IMG/VR virus record: IMGVR_UViG_3300024432_002033
Direction: 5' to 3' (one strand)
DNA: 64,000 nt
From: an uncultured virus (IMG/VR IMGVR_UViG_3300024432_002033)
Taxonomy: Duplodnaviria; Heunggongvirae; Uroviricota; Caudoviricetes
In this document: positions 18,756 through 29,337 of the stretch, in pieces
Layout: each line of letters opens with the position of its first letter
Position numbering within the stretch: position 1 is the stretch's first letter
Notes under the pieces: model-generated
Told to the model about the DNA's origin: nothing
Databases searched by the model: none
What the model saw: the letters and a program-made list of their open reading frames with translations, nothing else
Made by a program: the position numbers and the translations under genes

Positions 18756-21025
18756 CAGCCATTCCTCCTCTGAAGCCAGACTCGCCAGGAAACGAATTCC
18801 GTTACCTCCTCGGGGATGTCCTCCATGCTGAAGACCGGCTCCTCGTCCTCCGTGCTCGTGATCATTACGTCTCCGCCCTGCGAGGTGACGTAGAATTCGA
18901 GCATCTGATTCATTCGATCCTCCCAGTAATTCATGGCCTTCTCGGCGTCGCCTATGACGGTTACTGTGACGGGAGTTATGCTGGGGATCACCTGGCTTCG
19001 GAAAGTCTGGGTATGCCTCGCATAGAGGGCGGCAACGGTGCCATAGGTTACCGCACGCAGTATCTGCACGGGTACTAAGGTGATATCGGTCCACTCCGAA
19101 TAGGGTAGACCAGCATTATCGAGGTAGCCCTGCGTGTCCTCCATAACGCCCTCGATGACATATTCGAGGGAGGCGTCTCCGAGGAGCTTCTCGTCGAGTT
19201 CAATGACGCCATTGACATAGCGACGGCTCGTCCAGAGTCGGCTTGGCCACCGCGCCCAGAATATGGCGGGGAGATTGAGCGTGGCCGTATGACGGATTAT
19301 GGACTTGCAGTATAGATCTTTCCAATGGACGATGTTCACGTTCGCGTCTAGATCCTTCGTGGCGCTATGGCGTATGACGCACTTGCCAAGGAGTTCGATG
19401 GCAGCCTCGTGCCTGATAATGCCTTTGCCGAGTAGATCAACGGAATGGGTGATATTCGCCTTGCCAAGTAGGTAAACGGAATGGGTGATATCCGCCTTGC
19501 CAAATAGGTCGACGGAGTGTGTGATATCCGCCTTGCCAAATAGGTCGACGGAGTGTGTGATATCCACTTTGCCCAGCAGATCAACCGAATGGGTGACATC
19601 CACCTTGCCCAGCAGGTCAGCGGAATCCTGTCCTACCTCGAAGCGGGCATTGAGATCAGTCGAGGTTAGCTGCCTTACGTCGAGTACGCCCTTCAGGGAC
19701 GCGATAGAGTATTCTATTAGGATGCCCCAAGCCGCTGCACAGGGCGTCGCTGGCGCTGTCTCGCCTATCCAGCATATTGGAACGGCCTCGCCACTCGGGA
19801 TTGAATCAGGCGTTTGCAACTGTGCGACCGTGCTTGTGTCTATAACTGCCTCAGTGGTGGCGTCGAATGTCAAGGGGTCATTCGCGAGCAGGGGAAACCA
19901 GACCTCGGGGTCACAGCTGTGTGCCCGGTATTCAATCTCCGCGTATAAATGCCCCCAAATCGCCCAGAGCCAGTTCGAACCGTGCTCGACGATGCCAACT
20001 GCATGATGCGACGCGTGACCTGTGTGCAGCTGAACCCCAGCCGACCAAGCCGCATCGCCAGAGTCCCTCTCCTTCCATTGGATTGAGCCATCGGCGTCGA
20101 CGTAGATGATGTGGCCCATATTCATCCCGGCGATGTCCCCGTGCTCGAAATCGAAGTTGCTATATCCGGGGAGCGTCGTGGTGTCGATGTCATCTATAGG
20201 GTCATCCCAGTCCCCGTCGTAGTACCGGGACTTCAACTCGACGCCTTTCTTGTAGACGACCATCACGTCGTTCTTCAGGCCGCCGGCTTCGCCCATGGAC
20301 CTCACGGAGCACCCGTATATGGTGGCCGTGTTGTCTACGTCGCTGATGTCATCCTCGGGATCCCAGTTGGCGAGGTTTCCCCCGGCGCTCTGCCTCGACG
20401 CCTTCACCCATTGTTTAGTCGTGCCGTCGTCGTAGAAGACGGCGACGGCCCAGAGCCTCGGGGTGGGCGTCGTCCTGTTGGCGCCTAGGTTGACTTTCCG
20501 GTAGGTATCGCCCCCGCCGCCTGTGAAGACCGTTTTTAGATTCTGCCAGGCCCAGCCGGTGAGGCTGGCCTCGTCGCTCTCGGCGACATGGGAATTTACT
20601 CCATCTGAGTAGTGGATGGTCGCGGGTATGCCGGATTCTCCGCCTCTGACCGTGAAGTCGGCCATAATCCGATCCGCCGCCCAGCCCAAACAATCTATGG
20701 AGGCACCGACAGCAACATTTTTCGTCCATACGTTGCCTGCCAGGCCGGCTGCTGCGATGTACTCGAATATGATCTCCTGAGCTGCCGGGTCGCATCTGCC
20801 CCGCCAGTAGTAGGTGCCGTCGAACCACATTTTCCTCTGCCAGTTGTCTCCCATGCGCCTGGGGCAGGAGACGCGAAAATTGGAGAGCAGATCAGCAGAG
20901 TCTTGTTTTACGTAGAACTTGCCGAGGAGCTCAATGGAATCTTGTCTTATTTTGGCCTGGGCGAGGAGATCAACAGAGTCCTGACCCACCTCGGCTTGGG
21001 CGAGTAGCTCGACCGCTCCGGACAT
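18755..21025 (-). CDS. putative head-tail adaptor fused to a beta-propeller-like domain and repeats (paralog 2)
   Basis: Trp-rich domain, ITHSVDLxGK repeats, same C-terminal domain. Confidence 0.65.
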   Translation of the reverse strand: MSGAVELLAQAEVGQDSVDLLAQAKIRQDSIELLGKFYVKQDSADLLSNFRVSCPRRMGDNWQRKMWFDGTYYWRGRCDPAAQEIIFEYIAAAGLAGNVWTKNVAVGASIDCLGWAADRIMADFTVRGGESGIPATIHYSDGVNSHVAESDEASLTGWAWQNLKTVFTGGGGDTYRKVNLGANRTTPTPRLWAVAVFYDDGTTKQWVKASRQSAGGNLANWDPEDDISDVDNTATIYGCSVRSMGEAGGLKNDVMVVYKKGVELKSRYYDGDWDDPIDDIDTTTLPGYSNFDFEHGDIAGMNMGHIIYVDADGSIQWKERDSGDAAWSAGVQLHTGHASHHAVGIVEHGSNWLWAIWGHLYAEIEYRAHSCDPEVWFPLLANDPLTFDATTEAVIDTSTVAQLQTPDSIPSGEAVPICWIGETAPATPCAAAWGILIEYSIASLKGVLDVRQLTSTDLNARFEVGQDSADLLGKVDVTHSVDLLGKVDITHSVDLFGKADITHSVDLFGKADITHSVYLLGKANITHSVDLLGKGIIRHEAAIELLGKCVIRHSATKDLDANVNIVHWKDLYCKSIIRHTATLNLPAIFWARWPSRLWTSRRYVNGVIELDEKLLGDASLEYVIEGVMEDTQGYLDNAGLPYSEWTDITLVPVQILRAVTYGTVAALYARHTQTFRSQVIPSITPVTVTVIGDAEKAMNYWEDRMNQMLEFYVTSQGGDVMITSTEDEEPVFSMEDIPEEVTEFVSWRVWLQRRNG

Positions 21026-21029
21026 GTTT

Positions 21030-21386
21030 CTAACCCTCTATTTTCACGTTCGGGGGGAGGTTAGTTTGGTTGATATATGGTCTGACCATGTCGACGACTA
21101 TGAAATCGAAGTAGGCAGCATCCCATACGCCTTCATTCTCCCACTCGAAGTTTGCGATCCAGTTGCCCAGCGTCATCGAGGCGGATAGGGCTACATCCGC
21201 GTACCAATAACCAGCGGCCCTCTCCGAGCAGGCGTATGGTCCCTTCGGGGAGTCGTAGCCGTATTCTCCCTGTTTAATTAGCGTGACAGTGCACGAATCC
21301 GGGAACCCTGGAGTTGGAGTTCCCTCAAGAGTTGTGATGTAGACCTCGAATCTCTTGAGGGTACCCCGGGTGACCTTTTGAGCCAA
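21030..21386 (-). CDS. small beta-rich virion protein
   Basis: GYWYADV...GNWIANFEW Ig-like pattern. Confidence 0.55.
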   Translation of the reverse strand: MAQKVTRGTLKRFEVYITTLEGTPTPGFPDSCTVTLIKQGEYGYDSPKGPYACSERAAGYWYADVALSASMTLGNWIANFEWENEGVWDAAYFDFIVVDMVRPYINQTNLPPNVKIEG

Positions 21387-21424
21387 TCTTCTTCAAGAGA
21401 TTAGAACGCATCAAGGTATTAAAG

Positions 21425-21443
21425 AGTTAAAGGCAGAGTAACC
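21425..21443. promoter_or_regulatory. operator B between divergent genes
   Basis: AGTTA-AAGGCAGAG-TAACC. Confidence 0.7.
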
Positions 21444-21470
21444 ATTTGGGTAATATCGGAGTCCGCGTCC

Positions 21471-23417
21471 ATGGCGATATGGGGCACGTCTCGGGATCTT
21501 CTAGCACCATTCGAGGTGGGTCAAAACTCCGAAGGTCTTTATGCCCAATGTGAAGTGGGACAGGATTCCGCCGAGCTCCTCGGCAGGGCCGAAGTTCAGC
21601 AATCGGGTTCCGTTGAGCTATTCGGTGAAGCCGATGTCACCCATTCGGTCGACCTGCTCGGCAAGGCTGAGATTCAGCAATCAGGCTCCGCTGAATTCCT
21701 CGGCAAGACCGAAATCCAGCAGCCTGGTTCTTTTGAACTACTCGGTGAATGCAATATCGTACATTCGACTGAATTGTTGTGCAACGCAATCATCAAAAAC
21801 GTCGGCTCGGCTGTACTTTACGCCCAGGCTGAAGTGGGGCAGAATAGCAGGGATCTTTTCGCGAAATTCGAAGCTCAAGATATTCAAGTTCTCTATGCAA
21901 AAGTTGTAGTCAGGCAAGCTGATCTCCGTGATCTCTATGCTAGAGCTGAGGTAGGGCAGGGCTCCAGTGAGCTCTTCGCCAAGGGCGAGGTAGGCCAGGG
22001 CTCAGTTGAATTACTCGGTAGGGGCATTATCAGGAACGTAGCTTCGTCCGAGCTCAAAGGCACAGTAGATATCACGCATTCGATCGACCTCCTTGGGAGG
22101 ACAGTTATTGGGCATCCCGCCTTTCCCGCCTGGCTCAAGGCGATTTTCTCGATCGGCCTGACGAACACCTACCGAGATTTAGGTTCAAGTTTAGAGATAG
22201 GGAGATCAGCCTTCGCCGAATTGCTCGGCAGATTCGAGGCTCAGGCCACCGCTGAGCTCCTGAGCAATGCTGACATCAGACAGCCGGGCTTCGCTGAGCT
22301 GCTTGGCAAGGCAGTCATCAGACATGTGGGTATTCCTGAGTTACTCGGCAAGGCCGATATCAGGGGGCTGAGCTCCGCTAATTTGAAGGTTAGACTGATG
22401 ATAATCGGCCTGGCGAAGGACTCGGATGCATACATTTCCTTCTTTGATCCCTCTGACTGGATAAACGAGGTAGTAGGTGTGGGGCAGGGCTTCATCGCCA
22501 TCCCCTGGGTTGAAGCTGACGCCGTCGTGAAGACGTCTGGTAACTCAAGCGCTAGGTTGACGTCTACCTATACATCAAATCAGTATAAGGAAATCAGATT
22601 CGGCTGGGGTGGGATGAACTGGGGTGTCGAGGCGGCTGTGTCTCCCGAGGTGGTTCCGACGCCCATAGATACGGATGGGCGTGGCCCCAGGAGGGGATCC
22701 AGGGCTTCGCGGGACTGGAGACGGGAGGTTCCGCAGTCAAGTTATAAGGAGCTAGAGGGTATTTTCACGGTGAATGAATTGGCTGGACTAGTTAATCAGT
22801 TAAGGGACATCACGGATGCTCGCGGTTGGTGGCAGCATGCGTATGACGATGGATCTGCCTTTCTGCTGGTCCCCAATGAGGACGGCACTTTAACGGTCAG
22901 AGCTCATTTCGCTGTAGGAACCCCCGCTATAGGTGGGGGCGCCTACGGAACGAATAAGTCGTTCTTACCCACAGCGGGGAACCCCGTCACAATAGAGTGG
23001 GAGCTCCAGTGCAGCAGCCCCGTGGGCCCGGGAAGCAGCACCTTTTCGGTGCACTATTTGGGAGGCTTGACAGATGGCAGAGCAACTTCAAGCGGAAGCA
23101 ATGAGATATCCCTTTATTATGATGGTGAGGCGATGGAACACGTCCTCGAGGTCTATGAGGAAGGGGTAAATAGTTACAATGCCGCCTGGACAACAGTAGA
23201 TATTACAAATAAAATCAAGTTCAAGATAATATGGGAGCATCCTGATGACGTCGCTCCAGATGGCAGGATCCGAGTATACGTAGATGACGTTCTCAGATTA
23301 ACCGAGACCACGGTTGTCCCAGAAACCGAGCTATGCTTCTTCTTCGGTATCATGCTCGTAAGAGCCTCTGGCACTCCAACGGCGGATGCGACCCTCCACT
23401 CAATCACAGAGTTATAA
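21471..23417 (+). CDS. repeat-rich virion adhesin with C-terminal lectin/LamG-like domain
   Basis: more than 20 ELLG repeats; FKIIWE...RVYVDDVL. Confidence 0.7.
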   Translation: MAIWGTSRDLLAPFEVGQNSEGLYAQCEVGQDSAELLGRAEVQQSGSVELFGEADVTHSVDLLGKAEIQQSGSAEFLGKTEIQQPGSFELLGECNIVHSTELLCNAIIKNVGSAVLYAQAEVGQNSRDLFAKFEAQDIQVLYAKVVVRQADLRDLYARAEVGQGSSELFAKGEVGQGSVELLGRGIIRNVASSELKGTVDITHSIDLLGRTVIGHPAFPAWLKAIFSIGLTNTYRDLGSSLEIGRSAFAELLGRFEAQATAELLSNADIRQPGFAELLGKAVIRHVGIPELLGKADIRGLSSANLKVRLMIIGLAKDSDAYISFFDPSDWINEVVGVGQGFIAIPWVEADAVVKTSGNSSARLTSTYTSNQYKEIRFGWGGMNWGVEAAVSPEVVPTPIDTDGRGPRRGSRASRDWRREVPQSSYKELEGIFTVNELAGLVNQLRDITDARGWWQHAYDDGSAFLLVPNEDGTLTVRAHFAVGTPAIGGGAYGTNKSFLPTAGNPVTIEWELQCSSPVGPGSSTFSVHYLGGLTDGRATSSGSNEISLYYDGEAMEHVLEVYEEGVNSYNAAWTTVDITNKIKFKIIWEHPDDVAPDGRIRVYVDDVLRLTETTVVPETELCFFFGIMLVRASGTPTADATLHSITEL

Positions 23418-23484
23418 TTTTTACAGACTATGGCCTCATCGACCGCTCCTCGTCCGGGGGCGGAAGCTGAATCTGGAAGAAAAG

Positions 23485-23514
23485 GGTTAAGGGTAGGGCA
23501 ACCGTTTTTTTAAG
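23485..23514 (+). promoter_or_regulatory. operator B plus TATA
   Basis: GGTTA-AGGGTAGGG-CAACCGTTTTTTTAAG about 25 nt before ATG 23540. Confidence 0.75.
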
Positions 23515-23539
23515 CCCTTATCCTAATTATACATCAAGA

Positions 23540-26500
23540 ATGGTCTCCAGGTCCGTCGTCAGAACGATCAATGAGCTTGCTTTCACGCAGTACATTGCTC
23601 GGCGAAATTGGAGGGCGGTTGGCAGGATCTGGCTCTGGTACTGGGACGGCACGAACATCGTCTATCAGTCAAGGCCAGCAGGTGGAGGGTCTTGGACGAG
23701 CCCGGAAGCCGTGAGATCCTGTAACGCCGCTCTTGAATTTGCGACCTGGTTTGATGGAACATACTTCCATTACGCATACTCCCAAGGACAATTGAGTACC
23801 CCGGATACCACCGTGTTTTACCGTCGTGGTCTGGCGAATGCAGATGGAAGTATAACATGGTCCGCAGCGGAGCAGACGGTTCAAGCTCATCTCTCTTCTT
23901 ATAGGCGAAGAAACCTGTCCATCTGCGTTGACGATGGTGGCTATCCATGGATTGCATGGCATAGATCTTTGAGGACCGGCTCCGCCAACTATTATCCTTT
24001 TGTGACTACATCTTCAACCAATGACGGAACTTGGACAACTGCCACGGGTTATCCCTTTCAGGTCATAGGCAACACTGTGTCGTGGTATGTGAGCCTCGTT
24101 CCCATGACGAGCGGAAAGGTGATGCTCTTTTACGGCGGAAATTGGCGCCTCTATGGGCGGGTCCTCACCGCCGTCTCCAAAGGCAGTCAGACTCTTATCT
24201 CCGGTTATCAGGTGAGTAACCGGCAGCTTCGGCATAACGCAGTAGCAATCGGTGACATCGTTTACCTCTGCTATCAATGGGGCACAGCCGCCATCAGATT
24301 CCAAGTATATAATGGAGGCTGGGGCGCGATCTCAACTCCGGTTACACCCGCGGATCGACCGGGGCTCCTGGCGAAAAAGGACGATTCAACCCTAATGCTA
24401 TTCTGGGAGAACGCTGCAAGCATCATCAAGTACAAGGAATACACGATTTCAGGGGGATCGTGGGGAAGCGAAGAGACCCTCCAAGACGAAACCACGGACA
24501 CAATCCTTTCTTGGAGCGTTATGCAGGCATCCTATGATGGAGGGGGGCGCCCATTCCTGCATTACGCCACGAAGGCGGGCGCTCCCTATGACATGATCTT
24601 CGCGGAGTGGGAACCTCCCCATGCGGACCTGCTAGGCGAGTTTGTGGTCACCCAGTGGCAGGAGGACCTCCCCGCTTCATTCCACGTCGGCCAAGATTCC
24701 GCTGAGCTTCGGGGCAATGTCGGTATCAGACATGCGGGCACTCCAATTGAGCTGCTGGGCAACGCGGTCACCAGACATGTGGGCACACCAGTCGAATTAC
24801 TTGGCAACGCAGTTCTCAGACAGCCGGGCTCCGCTGAGCTGCTGGGCAAGGTCGACGTGGGCCAAGACTCCGCCGAGTTACTTGGCAACGCCGCTATCAG
24901 GCAACCGGGTTCCTCTGAGCTGCTTGGGAAATTCGCGGCTCAGGTCACCGCTGAGCTGCTAGGCAACGCCGAAATCAGGCAGTCGGGCCCTAAACCCTGG
25001 ATTGTCGGTTGGAACTTGCGGAAATCGCATACGATTACAGGAAGCGTTGCTGGAGCTCAAACCAATTATCCCATAGGCATAAAGTTTTATTATGGCTCGG
25101 GGACAGATGGCACCGAGACTATCGGCGGAGCCACCTTCGGGAAGGTTTACTGTGACTCAAAATGCCGGACCGACTTCGGGGATATCCGGTTCACCAAATC
25201 TGATGAAACCAGTCTACTCGACTTTTGGATAGAAGAACAAGTAAATAGTGATTATGCGATAATCTGGGTTGAGATCGATAGCATACCGGCGAGCCCGGGC
25301 ACGACTGACATTTATATCTACTATGGAAACGCGGGCGCTACGACGACAAGCAACGGAGACGACACATTCCTCATCTTTAATGATTGCATAACTACAACGG
25401 GTTGGTCCATACAACTTATAGTGGGCAGCCCCGCCTGGGGGACGGCTATAATGGACGGAGCGACCACGATTTACATAGAAGCCAATAACCATAACGAGAA
25501 ACTGAGAATACAATATGATACCATACTTAGCACGGGAAGAGAGAATAGGCGTGCCCTTACAAGGGTGAAACACACAAGCTGGAATGCGGATGGTTATTTC
25601 AACTGGTATACTCCTCTAATATTAGGCCCCACTCAATATGATTCTTTACGGTATTCGTCTTACTTTGATTATTACACAATATACGCATCAGTTGGTGGGG
25701 TTTCAGACACCACAAACTATAATGCGGGGCATCCAAGTGGCTGGTATAGATACGAGAAGAAAACAAATGCTGCTGGCGCGGTAACAGGGTACAGAGACGA
25801 TACTGAGCTAGGAACTGCAACGGTTGACGGCGACTATTCCGGCGGGAAGGTCACATATTATGTCAATGAATGGAACGCGGGCCTCACCAAACATTACATT
25901 GACTGGTTTGCCATAGGTAAATACGTCGACCCCGAACCCACTCACTCCACGTGGGGACCGGAAACCACCGCCGTAGGTGGTGTTCTCCCCGCCCAGTTCG
26001 ATGTCGGCCAAGACTCCGCTGATCTTCTCGGCAAGGTGGATATCACGCATTCCGCTGATCTTCTCGGCATAGTGGATATCACGCATTCCGCCGATTTGCT
26101 CGGCATGTTTGACGTCGGACAGAATGCGGTGGATCTCAAAGCAACCTTCGATGGCCAGGTCTCTTTGAATCTGCCTGCCCAATTCGAGGTGTATCATAGA
26201 AGAGCGAATCTTAAAGCACAGTTCACGATCCGTCACTCGATTCCGGGCCCAGTCGTTTTCGGTCCCATTCTAATCGAGGCAGCGACGTCAGACGCAGTCA
26301 GATTCTCCTTCCAGAGAAAGAGCTTTCGCGCATTGGGTAGGATATGGGTATTTTACACGGATGGCACAAATATCCGGGTCTCTTCTAGTAAGGATGGTTT
26401 TACATGGAAGGCCCCCGTCACAGTCAGAGTCGGGGATGATGGAGAGGACTTCAGTGTAGTGGAGCAGAATGGCTATGTCCATTACGCTTACGCCTCAAAT

Positions 26501-28666
26501 GAGCTCGGGGGGGATCTATACTATCGCAGGGGCTTACTCGCACCTGATGGAAGCATAAGCTGGGATCCGGAACAGACGGCTCAGACGACCTCTAAATATA
26601 TCAGAATGCCCTTCATCGGCATCGACTCTAGCGATCATCCGTGGATAGGATATCGCTACAATTTAGGCTCCGAAGGGTCTAACTATATGTATAGGTTCAG
26701 AAGTTCCTCAACGAATGACGGAACCTGGGTCACGGACGTAGATGTGGAACCTTCCGGTGCCCTGTACGCTATATGGGCTGGTTCCGTTTCCCCTATTTCC
26801 GGAGACCGGATGCACATCTTCTACGGTTATGATATTGGCAACCTATACACCAATTTATGGGATGGCTCTCTAGGCGGTATTTTACTTCTGGGGAAGATAA
26901 GAAGTCGACTTGCTCATTCCGTAACTTCAGTGGGTGACGTCGTCTACGTTGTTTACCAGAAGAGAACAACTAACGATCTGGTCTTCAGAAAGTGGGATGG
27001 AAGCTGGGGATCAGAGGTAATAATACAATCTGCTTTCCCATCTATCGGCCCAGCCATCTGTGCCATCGACGCCAACGAGCTCTACGTCTTCTACGTCGAC
27101 GGTACCATGATAAAATACTTCAGGAGCGAGGATGCGGGAGCAACTTGGACAGGGCCGTTTGACCTGAAATATGTCAACGGTCTGCCTTCTTACTGGGAGT
27201 TCAATGTTTTCAGTAACTCAGGTAGCCCCATAATCGGGATCCCCGTGAATGTGGGAACCGACGCCAGCTTCATTCTCTATGACCTTGACTGGGCTCCTGA
27301 ATTGCCAGCAGAATTCGAGGTTGGACAAGGAAGCGTGGAACTGCTGGCTGAATTCGTAGTCAAACAATGGTTCGGGGATTTCCTGGGTAAGTTCGATGTC
27401 GGTCAGGGCTCCGCGGAGCTCCTCAGTAAGGTGGGCATCACTCACTCAGTCGACCTGCTCGGCAAATTCGATGTCGGTCAGGACTCCGCGGAGCTCCTCA
27501 GTAAGGTGGGCATCACTCACTCAGTCGACCTGCTCGGCAAATTCGATGTCGGCCAGGGCTCCGCTGATCTGCTGGCGCTTTTTCTCATTCCCCGAGCTTA
27601 CGACTTCTCCGGCGGAATGGGCATTTCGTTTGACTGGTGGGGCAGCGGAGGCGTCGATCAGAACATCGACTTCGAGATGTGGAGCCTGACGGGTGGATGG
27701 GTCGGCAGATTTCCCGATGGAGCTGCTGAATGGAGGCAGGTCCAGCTCTCGTGGGACGATCTCACCCCAGTGGATCTCGATGGCACCATGCCTGATAGGA
27801 GTCAAATCATAGGGATATACTGGACCTATCACACGCCAGGGGTCAGGCGTATCGACGGGATCCGAGCATGGATGAGGCAGGACCTCCTCTGCAAAGTCGT
27901 TATCAAAAATGCAAGTGCCTCGGATCTGCTTAGCAGGTTTGAGATTCAGGCCAGCCAAGACCTGCTCTGTAAATTCGAAACTCAGGCTACTCAAGGTTTT
28001 AATGATCTAAAGGCAGGGTTCTATGTAGAGATGGTTATCCTCCCAGGTGGGCTTTGGGACTATCAGTACGTGTGGCAAAACCTCGCCGCAGAACTCGAGG
28101 TTGGTGCTCAGCAAGGCCAGATCGAGGTAGATCCTGCAACTGGAGCTATAACGGCGAGACAGAGACACGCCATAAATGAACGAAACATTATCACGATGTG
28201 CGGTGGCTACAGAGCCTACAGCAAGGGCACCTTCATCTTCGACGCTGAGGCCAGCATCTACAGCGGCGCGAATCCCGTGTACACTCCTGCCTTTGGCCTT
28301 GTGGAAAATAAATATGATTGGTTTACAGGAGCCAGCGCCCATGCAGCAATGCTATATTCAGATGGCGCGGGAGGTTGGAATTTCTACACAGAAGATGACG
28401 GAGACACCGAGTCAACCGCCATTATAGGAATAGACTTCACGACGCAGCACACCTTCAAGATCATCTGGGAGGATGCCAGTGAATATCCGGCAGGGCCCGG
28501 AAGGGTCCGTCTCTACATAGACGACGTCCTCAAAGCCACCCACGAAACCGCGGTTCCCACACATCCTCTGCTCTTCTTCCTGCTGATGGACTCGTATATA
28601 GTGGCATATTCAACGGACAATGTATGGACGAAGCTATACTCCTTTAGCGCCACAGGAGTTGCCTGA
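23540..28666 (+). CDS. 1708-aa multidomain adhesin / tail fibre (two BNR-like propellers, DUF2341, lectin-like domains, ELLG linkers)
   Basis: duplicated GRIW..Y.DGTNI domain, SEDAGATW Asp-box, DFGDIRFT...WIE, C-terminal FKIIWE...LYIDDVL. Confidence 0.85.
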   Translation: MVSRSVVRTINELAFTQYIARRNWRAVGRIWLWYWDGTNIVYQSRPAGGGSWTSPEAVRSCNAALEFATWFDGTYFHYAYSQGQLSTPDTTVFYRRGLANADGSITWSAAEQTVQAHLSSYRRRNLSICVDDGGYPWIAWHRSLRTGSANYYPFVTTSSTNDGTWTTATGYPFQVIGNTVSWYVSLVPMTSGKVMLFYGGNWRLYGRVLTAVSKGSQTLISGYQVSNRQLRHNAVAIGDIVYLCYQWGTAAIRFQVYNGGWGAISTPVTPADRPGLLAKKDDSTLMLFWENAASIIKYKEYTISGGSWGSEETLQDETTDTILSWSVMQASYDGGGRPFLHYATKAGAPYDMIFAEWEPPHADLLGEFVVTQWQEDLPASFHVGQDSAELRGNVGIRHAGTPIELLGNAVTRHVGTPVELLGNAVLRQPGSAELLGKVDVGQDSAELLGNAAIRQPGSSELLGKFAAQVTAELLGNAEIRQSGPKPWIVGWNLRKSHTITGSVAGAQTNYPIGIKFYYGSGTDGTETIGGATFGKVYCDSKCRTDFGDIRFTKSDETSLLDFWIEEQVNSDYAIIWVEIDSIPASPGTTDIYIYYGNAGATTTSNGDDTFLIFNDCITTTGWSIQLIVGSPAWGTAIMDGATTIYIEANNHNEKLRIQYDTILSTGRENRRALTRVKHTSWNADGYFNWYTPLILGPTQYDSLRYSSYFDYYTIYASVGGVSDTTNYNAGHPSGWYRYEKKTNAAGAVTGYRDDTELGTATVDGDYSGGKVTYYVNEWNAGLTKHYIDWFAIGKYVDPEPTHSTWGPETTAVGGVLPAQFDVGQDSADLLGKVDITHSADLLGIVDITHSADLLGMFDVGQNAVDLKATFDGQVSLNLPAQFEVYHRRANLKAQFTIRHSIPGPVVFGPILIEAATSDAVRFSFQRKSFRALGRIWVFYTDGTNIRVSSSKDGFTWKAPVTVRVGDDGEDFSVVEQNGYVHYAYASNELGGDLYYRRGLLAPDGSISWDPEQTAQTTSKYIRMPFIGIDSSDHPWIGYRYNLGSEGSNYMYRFRSSSTNDGTWVTDVDVEPSGALYAIWAGSVSPISGDRMHIFYGYDIGNLYTNLWDGSLGGILLLGKIRSRLAHSVTSVGDVVYVVYQKRTTNDLVFRKWDGSWGSEVIIQSAFPSIGPAICAIDANELYVFYVDGTMIKYFRSEDAGATWTGPFDLKYVNGLPSYWEFNVFSNSGSPIIGIPVNVGTDASFILYDLDWAPELPAEFEVGQGSVELLAEFVVKQWFGDFLGKFDVGQGSAELLSKVGITHSVDLLGKFDVGQDSAELLSKVGITHSVDLLGKFDVGQGSADLLALFLIPRAYDFSGGMGISFDWWGSGGVDQNIDFEMWSLTGGWVGRFPDGAAEWRQVQLSWDDLTPVDLDGTMPDRSQIIGIYWTYHTPGVRRIDGIRAWMRQDLLCKVVIKNASASDLLSRFEIQASQDLLCKFETQATQGFNDLKAGFYVEMVILPGGLWDYQYVWQNLAAELEVGAQQGQIEVDPATGAITARQRHAINERNIITMCGGYRAYSKGTFIFDAEASIYSGANPVYTPAFGLVENKYDWFTGASAHAAMLYSDGAGGWNFYTEDDGDTESTAIIGIDFTTQHTFKIIWEDASEYPAGPGRVRLYIDDVLKATHETAVPTHPLLFFLLMDSYIVAYSTDNVWTKLYSFSATGVA

Positions 28667-28835
28667 GATATTGAAGGCAGGGATGGAACGAAGAAAAAGT
28701 ATGAGAGAGCTAACCCAGAGAATTGCAGAACTACGAAGCCATAGTTCAATACCTGAGAGAGAACTGAGGCAACTAGAAGCAGAACATGAAAAACTGAAAG
28801 CTAAAGGAAAGAAACTCACCAAACACTCCACCTGA

Positions 28836-29272
28836 TTATTTTATTCTCATTCTGCGTTTTATTCCGCCTATCACCATTTCTCGATCCAAGCCACCCAAGT
28901 CCATGCGCCTGTCACGGCCTCCTATCAGCATTTCAACCGCGGTCAGATACCAGGGGCTGACATAGAGGCTGAATTTAAGATCCGAGGATGCGGAATGTCT
29001 GATAACTCCCCTTCCCAGGAGTTCCTCGGCATCCTGGCCGACTTCAAATCTCGCGGGGAGATCGATGGAATTCTGGCCAACTTGTAAATGGCTGAGTAGA
29101 TCTGCGGAATCTTGGCCAACTTCGAATTTACTTAGGAGCTCGGCGTGGTCAGAATACCTTGTGACGAATTTCCCGAGGACCTCAACGGTGCTTACATGTC
29201 TCCCCTCATGATATCTTTTACTGAATATCTGTTGTTGATCGAAGCAGAATCATATCCGAAGGTGAAGGTCAA
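28836..29272 (-). pseudogene. ELLG-repeat virion gene interrupted near 29203-29219 (frameshift or mini-intron); absent from ORF track
   Basis: MTFTFGYDSASINNRYSV, then in another frame RHVSTVEVLGKF...AELLSKFEVGQDSADLL. Confidence 0.7.
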
Positions 29273-29300
29273 GGCTGGATCTCAATATTAATTACGGGGA

Positions 29301-29337
29301 CGGTTTAAAAAACGGTTGCTCTACCCTTAACCATTTT
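29301..29337 (-). promoter_or_regulatory. operator B plus TATA
   Basis: AAAATGGTTA-AGGGTAGAG-CAACCGTTTTTTAAACCG. Confidence 0.75.

Noticed and set aside
18756..19094. N-terminal 113 aa of ORF 17778..19094
   Set aside because: Out-of-frame overlap with the upstream paralog; true start is ATG 18755
21471..28666. Diversity-generating retroelement acting on the adhesins
   Set aside because: No reverse transcriptase and no TR/VR pair with adenine-specific differences seen
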